A DNA stretch of 64,000 nucleotides from Heteronotia binoei (Eukaryota): NCBI RefSeq assembly GCF_032191835.1, contig NC_083223.1:82956001-83020000 (forward strand). The letters are read 5' to 3'. A program made the translations under genes and the position numbers. The stretch's first letter is position 1, and each line of letters opens with the position of its first letter. Below the pieces are notes generated by a model. It was not told where the DNA came from. It saw only the letters and a list, made by a program, of their open reading frames with translations, and made no database searches. Positions 13,414-21,773 of this stretch are shown in pieces.

Positions 13414-16230
13414 TCACTCTGAAACAGACTGCAACACTGCACGGCCCACCGAGGAAGCTTGTCTGCGTCGCAGGTCCAGGGCGTAGTGTGTCACGAAGGT
13501 GTGCGCCGAGGACCACGTGGCTGCCCTACAGATATCCTGCAGGGGAACTCCCTTCATGAAGGCCTCAGAGGTAGCAACCGCTCTAGTCGAGTGGGCACGG
13601 AGCGGACCTGGAAGAGGCTGCTTCCGGAGAAGGTAACACAAGCGAATTGTCCCTGTAATCCACTTGGACAGACGCTGGGAGGAAATGCGTTGCCCCAGAG
13701 AGGGCTCCGCATATGACACGAACAACCTAACATCTTTCCTGGAAGGGCCCGTACGATGCAGGTAAAAGGAAAGTGCCCTCTTAACATCAAGGGCGTGCAA
13801 CGCCCGCTCATAGTCATTTGCTGGAGAGGGAAAGTAAACTGGTAGATGAATCTCGGAATTGAGATGGAATGCGGACACCACCTTTGGGAGGAAGGTGACA
13901 TCTGGACGCAACGTGGCTCCTTCAGCAGAGAACACCAGGTAGGGGGAGTCGCACCTGAGTGCTGCCAGTTCCCCAACCCGCCTCGCCGAAGTGATTGCCA
14001 CGAGGAAGGCCGTCTTCCACGCCAGGAGGTGGGACGAACACGTCGCCATTGGCTCGAAGGGTTTCCCTGTCAGAGTCTTGAGAACCAGGGGAAGGTCCCA
14101 GGCAGGCGCAGGGGCCCTAACCGTGGGGTACAGTCTTGCCATGCCTTTCAGAAAACGTTTAGTGTCTGGGTGTGCAAAGGGTGAATGGCCGTCTATCGGC
14201 CCATGCTCTGCAGAGATCGCGGCTAGGTAGACCCTTACCGAGGAGGGTGCCAGGCCACCGTCCAACAACGAGACTAGAAAGTCCAGAATCACTGATAGGT
14301 CTGCCCTATCAGGCACCGCAGAACGGTCTGCAGCAAAGTTGACGAACCTAGCCCATTTGGCTGCATAAGACCGTCTTGTGGAAGACTTTCTGCAGTTCAT
14401 GATGACGAACTGGGCCCTGTCTGAGAATCTGGGTCCAGGCGCCAAGCCGTTAGGCGCAGATGAGGAATATCGTGATGCAGGACCTGCCCTCGGTGAGAGA
14501 GCAGGAGATCCCGCACTTGAGGGAAACGATGGTACATCCCCCCCGACAGACGGAGAACCACCGGGAACCAGGACTGCCGGGGCCACCACGGAGTCACCAG
14601 AATCCCCCTCGGGCGTTCCTTCAGGATCTTCTGAACGACCTTGGTGAGGAGCGGTATAGGCGGAAACAAGTAGATTACATGATGCCTCCATGGCACTAGG
14701 AGCCCGTCCCCCAGCGCTAAGGGATCCGCGCCCCCCCTGCAGCAGAACAGGTCGCATTTTGCATTTTGCCTGGTAGCAAAAACGTCCAGCTCCGGAGTCC
14801 CCCAACGGCGGAAGACAGGGCGTAGGAACTCCCAACTGAGCTCCCACTCGTGCAGTAGAGCCCCGCCCCGACTCAGAAAGTCCGCCTGTGAGTTCATATC
14901 TCCCGGGAGGTGGGTTGCCCGTAGAAACACTCCCCGAGAGATGCACAGCTCCCAGACCTGGAGAGCCAGCTGACAAAGCCTCTTGGACACTGTGCCCCCC
15001 TGCCGATTGATGTAAGCCATGGCAGTGGTATTGTCCGTCATCACTGCTACTGCCCTGCCCTCCAGGAGCGGCAGGAAGGAGCGAAGGGCATGAAATATGG
15101 CTAGCAACTCGAGGAAGTTTATGTGCTGACTGGCGTGATGGCGTGGCCATCGGTCCCCCACACACATCCCCCCCATGTGGGCACCCCAACCCCACAGGGA
15201 GGCATCCGTGGTGAGCGTATGAGTCGGCTCTGGCTTGTGAAAGGGAGCCCCTTCCAACAGGTGACTCTTCGAGCCCCACCAGGACAGGGACGACAGGATC
15301 TCCGCTGGAACCGTGAGCAACATGGAAGGGTGGTCCACGTTGCACCTGAAGCTCCGCAGAAACCAGAGCTGTAGGGGCCTCATCCGAAGCCTCGCAAATG
15401 TGAGGACAGAGGTCGTCGCCGCCATAAGTCCCAAAAGCCGTTGGAGTATCCGGGCCGGAACGGTCGGATTCAGTCGGAGGGAGGACACCAGCTTGACTAT
15501 GGCGTCCGCCCTGTCTGAGGGGAGGAACGCCCTGCATACTCGTGTGTCCAGGATCGCCCCGATGAATTGTACTTCCCGAGAAGGCGTCAGATGAGACTTC
15601 TTTAGATTTATTTGGAGCCCCAACTCGTTCACCAGGGTCAAGGTGATGGAAATGTGACACAGCAACTGCTCCCTCGACACCGCCACCAGGAGCCAGTCGT
15701 CGATGTATGGAAAAAGTGTCACGCCTTGAAGCCGAAGATGAGCGGCAATGACCACCATGGTCTTGGTGAAAACCCTTGGGGCTGTACAAAGGCCGAAAGG
15801 TAGGGCTCTGTACTGGAAATGGTCGTCTCCGACCGTGAAGCGCAGATACTTCCGATGCCGAGGGTGAATGGAGATGTGGAAGTAAGCGTCCTTCAGATCG
15901 AGAGTCGCCATCCAGTCTCCTTCGCTCAGGAGGGGGAGGATATAAGGCAGGGATGTCATTCGGAACTTGTCGCACCTTATGAAGGCATTCAGGGCCCGCA
16001 AGTCCATGATCGGTCGGAGGCCCCCATCCCGCTTGGGGATCGCAAAGTATCGGGAGTAGAACCCCTGACCTTTCTGGCCCTTGGGAACCTTCTGGATGGC
16101 ATGCTTTTGACAGAGCGACTTGACTTCCTCGCAGAGGGTCAGAGAAGGAGCTGTAGAGACAAACCTCGGGGTATAAGGGCGGTGGCAAAATTCTATACAG
16201 TACCCCCGTTTGATTATTGACAATACCCAC
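13414..16230 (-). CDS. DIRS-A ORF3: tyrosine recombinase with a long N-terminal frame overlapping ORF2
   Basis: 938 open codons; the track start is GTG. The C-terminal ~330 aa carry an intact YR tetrad: TSARRVGEL (R), RAHSTR (HxxR), ATW, FVTHY (Y). Confidence 0.9.
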   Translation of the reverse strand: MGIVNNQTGVLYRILPPPLYPEVCLYSSFSDPLRGSQVALSKACHPEGSQGPERSGVLLPILCDPQAGWGPPTDHGLAGPECLHKVRQVPNDIPALYPPPPERRRLDGDSRSEGRLLPHLHSPSASEVSALHGRRRPFPVQSPTFRPLYSPKGFHQDHGGHCRSSSASRRDTFSIHRRLAPGGGVEGAVAVSHFHHLDPGERVGAPNKSKEVSSDAFSGSTIHRGDPGHTSMQGVPPLRQGGRHSQAGVLPPTESDRSGPDTPTAFGTYGGDDLCPHICEASDEAPTALVSAELQVQRGPPFHVAHGSSGDPVVPVLVGLEESPVGRGSLSQARADSYAHHGCLPVGLGCPHGGDVCGGPMATPSRQSAHKLPRVASHISCPSLLPAAPGGQGSSSDDGQYHCHGLHQSAGGHSVQEALSAGSPGLGAVHLSGSVSTGNPPPGRYELTGGLSESGRGSTARVGAQLGVPTPCLPPLGDSGAGRFCYQAKCKMRPVLLQGGRGSLSAGGRAPSAMEASCNLLVSAYTAPHQGRSEDPEGTPEGDSGDSVVAPAVLVPGGSPSVGGDVPSFPSSAGSPALSPRAGPASRYSSSAPNGLAPGPRFSDRAQFVIMNCRKSSTRRSYAAKWARFVNFAADRSAVPDRADLSVILDFLVSLLDGGLAPSSVRVYLAAISAEHGPIDGHSPFAHPDTKRFLKGMARLYPTVRAPAPAWDLPLVLKTLTGKPFEPMATCSSHLLAWKTAFLVAITSARRVGELAALRCDSPYLVFSAEGATLRPDVTFLPKVVSAFHLNSEIHLPVYFPSPANDYERALHALDVKRALSFYLHRTGPSRKDVRLFVSYAEPSLGQRISSQRLSKWITGTIRLCYLLRKQPLPGPLRAHSTRAVATSEAFMKGVPLQDICRAATWSSAHTFVTHYALDLRRRQASSVGRAVLQSVSE

Positions 16231-16607
16231 CGGTCCGAGGTGACACGGGACCAGGCAGGGAAGAAATTGGCAAGGCGGATAGAGTCCAGGTCCTGTGGGC
16301 CGGCCACAACTGGAGGAAAGTCAAAGGCCCTGCTTGCCTTGCTTGGCGGCCTTCTGGCGGGCAGGTTGGGCGGAGGATGGGGAGTACTTATGTTTCGACT
16401 GGAAAGAAGGCCGAGTGAAAGGGGCTGATTTTGAACGCCACTGTCTGTCGGGTGACTTGGAATACGGCTTCTTTTGCCAAGTTTTAGGCCACTGACGCTT
16501 GGACGGAGGGCGCTGCCCGGACACCCCCAGGTTTCTGGATGTTTTGATACTTTTATCCAGCTCCTGGAGGACCGAGTCCGTCGTGGAGCTAAACAGACCT
16601 GCTCCAT
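14397..16607 (-). CDS. DIRS-A ORF2: reverse transcriptase + RNase H + methyltransferase-like domain
   Basis: 736 aa uninterrupted. RT motifs GLRPIMDLR, LDLKDAYFH, LPFGL, YIDD. RNase H motifs TDAS, INFLE, TDN, ADFLSR. C-terminal block DVFATRQNAK...YLFPP...TPWWPRQSWF matches the DIRS MT domain. Confidence 0.93.
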   Translation of the reverse strand: MEQVCLAPRRTRSSRSWIKVSKHPETWGCPGSALRPSVSGLKLGKRSRIPSHPTDSGVQNQPLSLGLLSSRNISTPHPPPNLPARRPPSKASRAFDFPPVVAGPQDLDSIRLANFFPAWSRVTSDRWVLSIIKRGYCIEFCHRPYTPRFVSTAPSLTLCEEVKSLCQKHAIQKVPKGQKGQGFYSRYFAIPKRDGGLRPIMDLRALNAFIRCDKFRMTSLPYILPLLSEGDWMATLDLKDAYFHISIHPRHRKYLRFTVGDDHFQYRALPFGLCTAPRVFTKTMVVIAAHLRLQGVTLFPYIDDWLLVAVSREQLLCHISITLTLVNELGLQINLKKSHLTPSREVQFIGAILDTRVCRAFLPSDRADAIVKLVSSLRLNPTVPARILQRLLGLMAATTSVLTFARLRMRPLQLWFLRSFRCNVDHPSMLLTVPAEILSSLSWWGSKSHLLEGAPFHKPEPTHTLTTDASLWGWGAHMGGMCVGDRWPRHHASQHINFLELLAIFHALRSFLPLLEGRAVAVMTDNTTAMAYINRQGGTVSKRLCQLALQVWELCISRGVFLRATHLPGDMNSQADFLSRGGALLHEWELSWEFLRPVFRRWGTPELDVFATRQNAKCDLFCCRGGADPLALGDGLLVPWRHHVIYLFPPIPLLTKVVQKILKERPRGILVTPWWPRQSWFPVVLRLSGGMYHRFPQVRDLLLSHRGQVLHHDIPHLRLTAWRLDPDSQTGPSSSS

Positions 16608-18489
16608 CGAAGGGGAGATCCTCGACGTATGCCTGTGTATCGGGTTGAAGAGCCGTGGATCTCAGCCACGCATGTCTGCGCAGGGTGATAGCCGATGTGA
16701 GGGCTTTTGCGCACGTGTCCCCTGAGTGTCTGGCAGAGTTTAGCTGTTGCTTTGCCAGCGCCATACCCTCTTTCTGTAACTTTCGCAATGCATTGCGGCT
16801 CTGCTCAGGAAGGGAGCCCATTATGGTGGAGACTTGGTCCCAGAGGGCATATTGGTAACGGCCATAGCATGCAGCGTAGTTTGCTATTTTAACCCCTAGG
16901 GAACCGGCGGAGTACAATCTTCTCCCCATAGCGTCCAGTTTCCTGCCTTCTTTATCTGGCGGGGTGGAGTGGGTCTTTCGCGCCTTGGAGGACGACGATA
17001 CTACCACCGAGTTGGGTCTAGGGTGGACATAGAGGAATTCCGCTGACGCTTCCTGGATCCTGTACATATGATCCAGCCTGCGAGAGGAGACAGGTGTAGA
17101 GGAGGGTTTGTCCCAAGAGGCCTTGGCCGTCTGCAACATGACGTTTGTGAGTGGTAAGGCAATCGCCGTCGAAGTGTCCTGCTGCACTATATCGAAAACC
17201 GTGTCAGTCACTGTAGGTTGAGGCTGAACGGTGGTGAGGGAGAGGGTCTGGGCCATTCTCCTTATAAGATCTCCGTAGGATTTGAGGTCCTCAGACGGAG
17301 ATATCGGCTGTTCCTCCGAAGTCTTCGGAGGCGGTGAGGCTTCACCGTCAGAGGTCCCCGATGAGTCATCCACTGACCTGGAAGATGGCTCGGGGGAGTC
17401 GGAGGGTTCGGAACGATGCCGGGAAGGGAGCTCCTGAGGTATCGGTGTCGACTCCTTGGCTGGTGGAGAACGCTTGGGTTCCTTCTGGACTGGCCTGTCG
17501 AGTTCGGGGGGCTTCGACGCTGATGCCGACGGCTCATTACGTTGCGTTCTATGAGACATCCTAGAGCGATATGAAGTCTCAGAGGCTTGGTCCCAGTCTC
17601 TCTGTGGTTGTTGAAGCCACGGAAATGGGTGCTGCATGGAGTAAGCCCCATACAGGTACTGCCACTGTCTCTGGTCCCAGGGGACCTTGGTGAGTAGACG
17701 ATGTGGTGAAGGGTCGTCATCTCTGCGACGCGGAGATCGGCTGCTGGACGATCGGTCCCGATGAGGAGATCGGTGCCGAGCAGGAGAGCGATCCCGACGG
17801 GGAGATCGGTGTCGAACCGGGGAGCCGTCCCGACGGGGAGATCGCTGTCGAGCAGGAGAACCCCGAGGCTGAGAGACCGATCCTTCGGCTGGACTGTGCC
17901 GGGTACCGATGCGTTGTGCCGATTCGATCTCCGACTCTGAATCGGAGATGATAAGTTGAGTCGACATCGACGCCAGCTGAGAGCCCGGGCGCTTGACCGG
18001 TGACGCGAAGAGCTTCAGCGGCGGAACAATCGGCGCGGTCGGATCGACCGGGGATGCTGGAGAGGACTGAGAGTCCGATCGCTTTAACTTCTTAAGCTTC
18101 TTTTTCTCCGAGGGCATCCCTTTGTCCTCCTTGGGCCTTTTTATCGGCACCGAGGACTCTGAAGCGGCTACCGAACCGGATCGCTTCCGGGGTTGGTCGG
18201 TAACGACGGGCCGCTCGGTATCGACTGGGGTCGATGACGACTGATCCGTCTGGCCGGGCCCGGATTCAGTCTGGTCCGCTCGCGGGGAGAGCGCTCGCTC
18301 CATCAGGGCAGCTGCAAGACGGGCCGCTCTGTTCCTGCGCGTCTGCTTCGAGAATTTTGCACAATGGGGGCAGGAATCAGGCTTGTGTCGCTCCCCCAAG
18401 CACAGTAAACAGAGCGAATGGCCGTCTGGTGGGGCAATCTTGCTCCCACACTCGGAGCAGCGACGAAAAAATCCCCACCTCCTTTCCAT
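16321..18489 (-). CDS. DIRS-A ORF1, Gag-like protein (N-terminal Cys/His cluster, RS-rich middle, LAP2alpha-like C-terminal domain)
   Basis: First ATG at 18489 (MERRWGFF...); the track starts at an upstream non-ATG codon at 18558. Cys/His cluster CSECGSKIAPPDGHSLCLLCLGERHKPDSCPHC. The C-terminal block ...LRRHAWLRS...VEDLPFDGAGLFS is typical of vertebrate DIRS ORF1. Confidence 0.85.
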   Translation of the reverse strand: MERRWGFFRRCSECGSKIAPPDGHSLCLLCLGERHKPDSCPHCAKFSKQTRRNRAARLAAALMERALSPRADQTESGPGQTDQSSSTPVDTERPVVTDQPRKRSGSVAASESSVPIKRPKEDKGMPSEKKKLKKLKRSDSQSSPASPVDPTAPIVPPLKLFASPVKRPGSQLASMSTQLIISDSESEIESAQRIGTRHSPAEGSVSQPRGSPARQRSPRRDGSPVRHRSPRRDRSPARHRSPHRDRSSSSRSPRRRDDDPSPHRLLTKVPWDQRQWQYLYGAYSMQHPFPWLQQPQRDWDQASETSYRSRMSHRTQRNEPSASASKPPELDRPVQKEPKRSPPAKESTPIPQELPSRHRSEPSDSPEPSSRSVDDSSGTSDGEASPPPKTSEEQPISPSEDLKSYGDLIRRMAQTLSLTTVQPQPTVTDTVFDIVQQDTSTAIALPLTNVMLQTAKASWDKPSSTPVSSRRLDHMYRIQEASAEFLYVHPRPNSVVVSSSSKARKTHSTPPDKEGRKLDAMGRRLYSAGSLGVKIANYAACYGRYQYALWDQVSTIMGSLPEQSRNALRKLQKEGMALAKQQLNSARHSGDTCAKALTSAITLRRHAWLRSTALQPDTQAYVEDLPFDGAGLFSSTTDSVLQELDKSIKTSRNLGVSGQRPPSKRQWPKTWQKKPYSKSPDRQWRSKSAPFTRPSFQSKHKYSPSSAQPARQKAAKQGKQGL

Positions 18490-18920
18490 ACGAGGGAGGA
18501 AAGCGGGAAACGAAGAGAGAGAGGGGGGGGCGTCCCAACCCCGAAGGGCGGGAAGCAAAAGGAAGCCCGCTCTCTCGACAAAAATAAGGAAACAAACCTA
18601 CACTATCTAAACTATCTAACTACGAAACTAACTATATACAGCTAACTATGCAAATCCGAAAAGGAGAAAGTTCACCGACCGTGGCGGAGAGATCAACCGA
18701 TCAGCGCGGCGGTCAGAAGAGAACTGGCGGGATGTCCGCGGCCGTCCCTGTGGGCATGCGCGGTGGGGCGCCTGGGCATGCGCGCTGGGTCGGCCCGCGG
18801 AAATCCACAGCTTTGAAGTTTACCGATCGAGATCGGCGCAGGCGCCTAATCCCACAAGTGTGATGCACAGAGACCACGAAGAAGATTTAAGCATGCTTGA
18901 AAAAAGATCTAGTACTAGTA

Positions 18921-19056
18921 NNNNNNNNNNNNNNNNNNNNNNNNNNNNNNNNNNNNNNNNNNNNNNNNNNNNNNNNNNNNNNNNNNNNNNNNNNNNNNNN
19001 NNNNNNNNNNNNNNNNNNNNNNNNNNNNNNNNNNNNNNNNNNNNNNNNNNNNNNNN
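18921..19056. other. Assembly gap
   Basis: Run of N. Confidence 1.
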
Positions 19057-19328
19057 GAAGACGACATTGGATTTATATCCTGCCCTCCACTCTGATTTTC
19101 AGAGTCTCAGAGTGGCTCACAATCTGCTTTACCTTCCTCCCCCACAACAGATACCCAGTGAGATGGGTGGGGCTGAGAGAGCTCTCCCCAGAAGCTGCCC
19201 TTTCAAGGACAACTCTGTGAGAGCTATGGCCAACCCAAGGCCATTCCAGCAGCTGCAAGTGGAGGAGTGGGGAATCAAGCCCAGTTCTCCCAGATAAGAG
19301 TCCGCACACGTAACCACCACACCAAACT
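19057..19328 (-). mobile_element. tRNA-derived SINE (Squam2-like gecko family)
   Basis: Head AGTTTGGTGTGGTGGTTA...GGCTTGATTCCCC and an L2-like tail GAGCCACTCTGAG...GGCAGGATATAAAT. The tail runs into an N gap. Confidence 0.8.
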
Positions 19329-19447
19329 AATAGAAATAAAGTGCACCATTGTATCATCCCAAAACCATCGCAACCCACCCCCCAGTCGATGGAAAAACTG
19401 TCTTCCACAAAACTGGTCCCTGGTGCCAAAAAAGTTGGGAACCACTG
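19329..19447. mobile_element. hAT (MER1/Charlie3-like) terminal segment abutting a SINE head
   Basis: Reverse complement CAGTGGTTCCCAACTTTTTTGGCACCAGGGACCAGTTTTGTGGAAGACAG... has a hAT-type TIR. The family name is recalled from memory. Confidence 0.6.
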
Positions 19448-19914
19448 CTGTAAAAGACCTAGAAGATTAAATTGAAGGTCCATATTTCTAGATGCCAACA
19501 CAAGCCTTCATATCTCTAAACCTTTCTAATAACAGGGTAATTAATGAGAATGTACCCACAAATTCCATTCTAGAAAGCAGTTCTCACAGAATAAAACAGC
19601 AAACTTTAGTTACACAGATCTGAGCTGCAGCAAGGATATAGAAACACACTATGAAAACCAGGAGACAATCACTTTTTCCTTAGCATATAATATATGCAGT
19701 TGCAAAAAGAGGAGTATACACAGGACGAAGGCAGGCATTAGCATGGGATAAGCACCAAAACAGGAAATGCATACATGAAAGAAAATACAGGCAAAGAATT
19801 TTAGCATGATAATCTGTGGTTTATTTGTTTTAAAGCCCCTGCTTTTCATTTAAAGTAAAGCCATAATTAACAAAATGTTTTCCAGTTTAAACTACAAGCA
19901 TCTTTATAAAAAAC

Positions 19915-21488
19915 AAGACCAATGTGGTTCAACATGGCAAGAAGTGCAAAGTAATGCACACTGGACCCAAATATCCTAACAAATATATGTTGATGGGTTC
20001 TGAACTGGTGAGAACTGACCAGGAAAGAGATCTTGATGTTGTGGTAGCTAAGTCACTGAACATTGACTCAGTGTGCAACTACAATTTTAAGGCAAATGTT
20101 ATGCTAGGGATTATTAGGAAGGGAATAAAAACGAATCAGCCAATACTATAATGTCCCTGTATAAATGTATGGTGTGGAGTCACTTTGAATACATAGGAAT
20201 GTGCATTTGGGAATATTCAAACTGAAAATATACCCAAAAAATACCATATTGGTATTTTTCAGGTACATTTCAGCTTCCTAAATCTATTTGGGATTTTTCA
20301 GGAGAACCTAAAATAATCCTTCCCCCCCTCCCAATTCCAGATATATTTGGGGATTACTTGCAAAACTGGGCTGCCCAGCAGAGCCTATGAAGAGAGTTCC
20401 AACCACCAGATCAACTCCTGGGCATGCTCTGCTGGGCAGTCTGGACTAAACTGGGCTGCCCCAGAATATCCCCAGCAGAGCCTGCAAGGAGAGTTCTCCC
20501 CACATGATCAGCTTCTTGGTGAGCTCTTTTGGGCAGTCTGGTTTAAAAGGACAGCCCAAAAGAGGTCCAGCTGTGCTACCTCTAGCAGTTTTTAGTGGTT
20601 TTGCCACTGCTTTCCCCTCCCTCAGTGTTTTTCAGTTCAAGTCTATTGGATCCAAAGTATTCAGGGTTTCCAAAAATTCTTCATCCAAATACTTTACTGG
20701 TATTGGGATCCAGTTTTTTTTTTCCCTGGATCCCATACTGGTATTGGGCTCAAAAAAAATTTTGGGTCCCATAGACGCGAATTTAAAATAGAGAACAAAA
20801 TTGCACACTTCTAGGAATACCGTATATAGTTCTGGTCACCACACCTCAAAAAAGATTATAACATTGGAAAAAAATGCAGAAAAGGACAACTAAAATTATT
20901 AAAGGGATAGAACACTTTCCCTATGAAGAAAGGTTAAAGACAACTGCGGGTTGACATGTTAGAGGTTTACAAAAGTATGTATGGGATAAAAAAGGTAGAG
21001 ATATGGGATATAGAAGATACAGGACAAAGGTATGGATAAAAGATAAAGGTATGGGATAAAGAAGGTAGAGGAAGAAGTACTTTTCTCCATTTCTCACAAT
21101 ACAAGAACTCGTGGGCACTCAATGAAATTAATGAGCAGTAAGTTTAGAACAGATAAAAAGAAGTACTTCTTCACCCCAAGAGCAATTAACACAGAGAATT
21201 CACTGCTGCAAGAAGTGCTGGCATCTACAGGCATACACAGTATCAAGAGGGGATAAGATAAACGTATGCAGCAGAGGTAGCCACAAAGTATAGATGGAAC
21301 ACTATGTCTGGGGCAGTGATATTCTGTATTCTTGGTACTTGGGGAGAAACAGGGCAGGGGGGGATTCTGGAGTTCTGGCCCCGTTGGTGGATCTCCTGAT
21401 GACACCTGGGTTTTAGTTACTTTGTCACACAGTGTTGAACTGGCTGGGCCATTGGTCTGATCCAACATGGCTTCCCTTATGTTCTTAA
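19915..21488 (+). mobile_element. Older degenerate CR1 3' fragment interrupted by a MITE
   Basis: Homologous to the 34144 copy (aagtgcaaagtaatgcac, gctagggattattaggaaggg, ...tgatccaacatggcttcccttatgttctta). Confidence 0.85.
20194..20813. mobile_element. hAT-type non-autonomous element nested in CR1
   Basis: Imperfect TIRs TAGGAATGTGCATTT / AAATTGCACACTTCTA. Degenerate 8-bp TSD TGAATACA/GGAATACC. Interior is related to 61648-62460. Confidence 0.65.
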
Positions 21489-21671
21489 GACAAATTGTAT
21501 GATAAGGTATGTACTTTATAATGATCAAGCTGAAATCTTCACACCAAAACTTAAACAGCATTTTTTTAAAGTTCTAATTATTTCACCTGTAAAGCAGCAA
21601 GAGAAAAATCACAGTAATAAAGCAATTGTTGCTTTCGGAGGCAGAGGGGGAAAGAGAAAACTTCATCTCAC

Positions 21672-21773
21672 CGTGTTCCATCTGCTTTCCAGCTTACTTT
21701 GTATGGCTTCTGTTCTAAAAGTTTAATATTCTGCTCATCCATAGAAACAGGTTGAGCTCCAGGAAATCCAGTT
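21672..21773 (-). CDS. RNGTT: RNGTT coding exon (human exon 8 equivalent), guanylyltransferase motif I (KxDG)
   Basis: ttttAG|A ACT GGA TTT CCT...GGA ACA CG|GTgag = (G)[33 protein letters not shown](R). Contains the active-site KADG; 102 bp; phase compatible. Confidence 0.96.

Larger units (their letters stand above)
13021..18886 (-). mobile_element. Full-length, apparently intact DIRS1-type tyrosine-recombinase retrotransposon (DIRS-A)
   Basis: Three long overlapping ORFs. Inverted terminal repeats 13072-13214 / 18721-18863 are identical by manual alignment. An internal complementary region (~13275-13368) matches the two outer ends joined together. No classic TSD. Confidence 0.95.

Noticed and set aside
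13414-16607. RT + methyltransferase + tyrosine recombinase cluster read as a bacterial or phage defence/retron-like system or contamination
   Set aside because: The ITR/ICR architecture, Gag-like ORF1 and clean junctions with vertebrate intron DNA identify it as a DIRS retrotransposon.
13278-18645. Many plus-strand ORFs within DIRS-A (and similarly within DIRS-B, L1 and L2)
   Set aside because: They are antisense or alternate-frame shadows of GC-rich TE ORFs with no recognisable motifs.
13072-18863. Duplicate small ORFs (13072-13308 and 18648-18863) ending in an identical peptide
   Set aside because: They are a by-product of the ITRs, not a gene pair.
1-21671. RNGTT exon 9 equivalent (YMMLIDG...LLDG)
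   Set aside because: Not found by manual scan; it probably lies beyond the left edge of the window.
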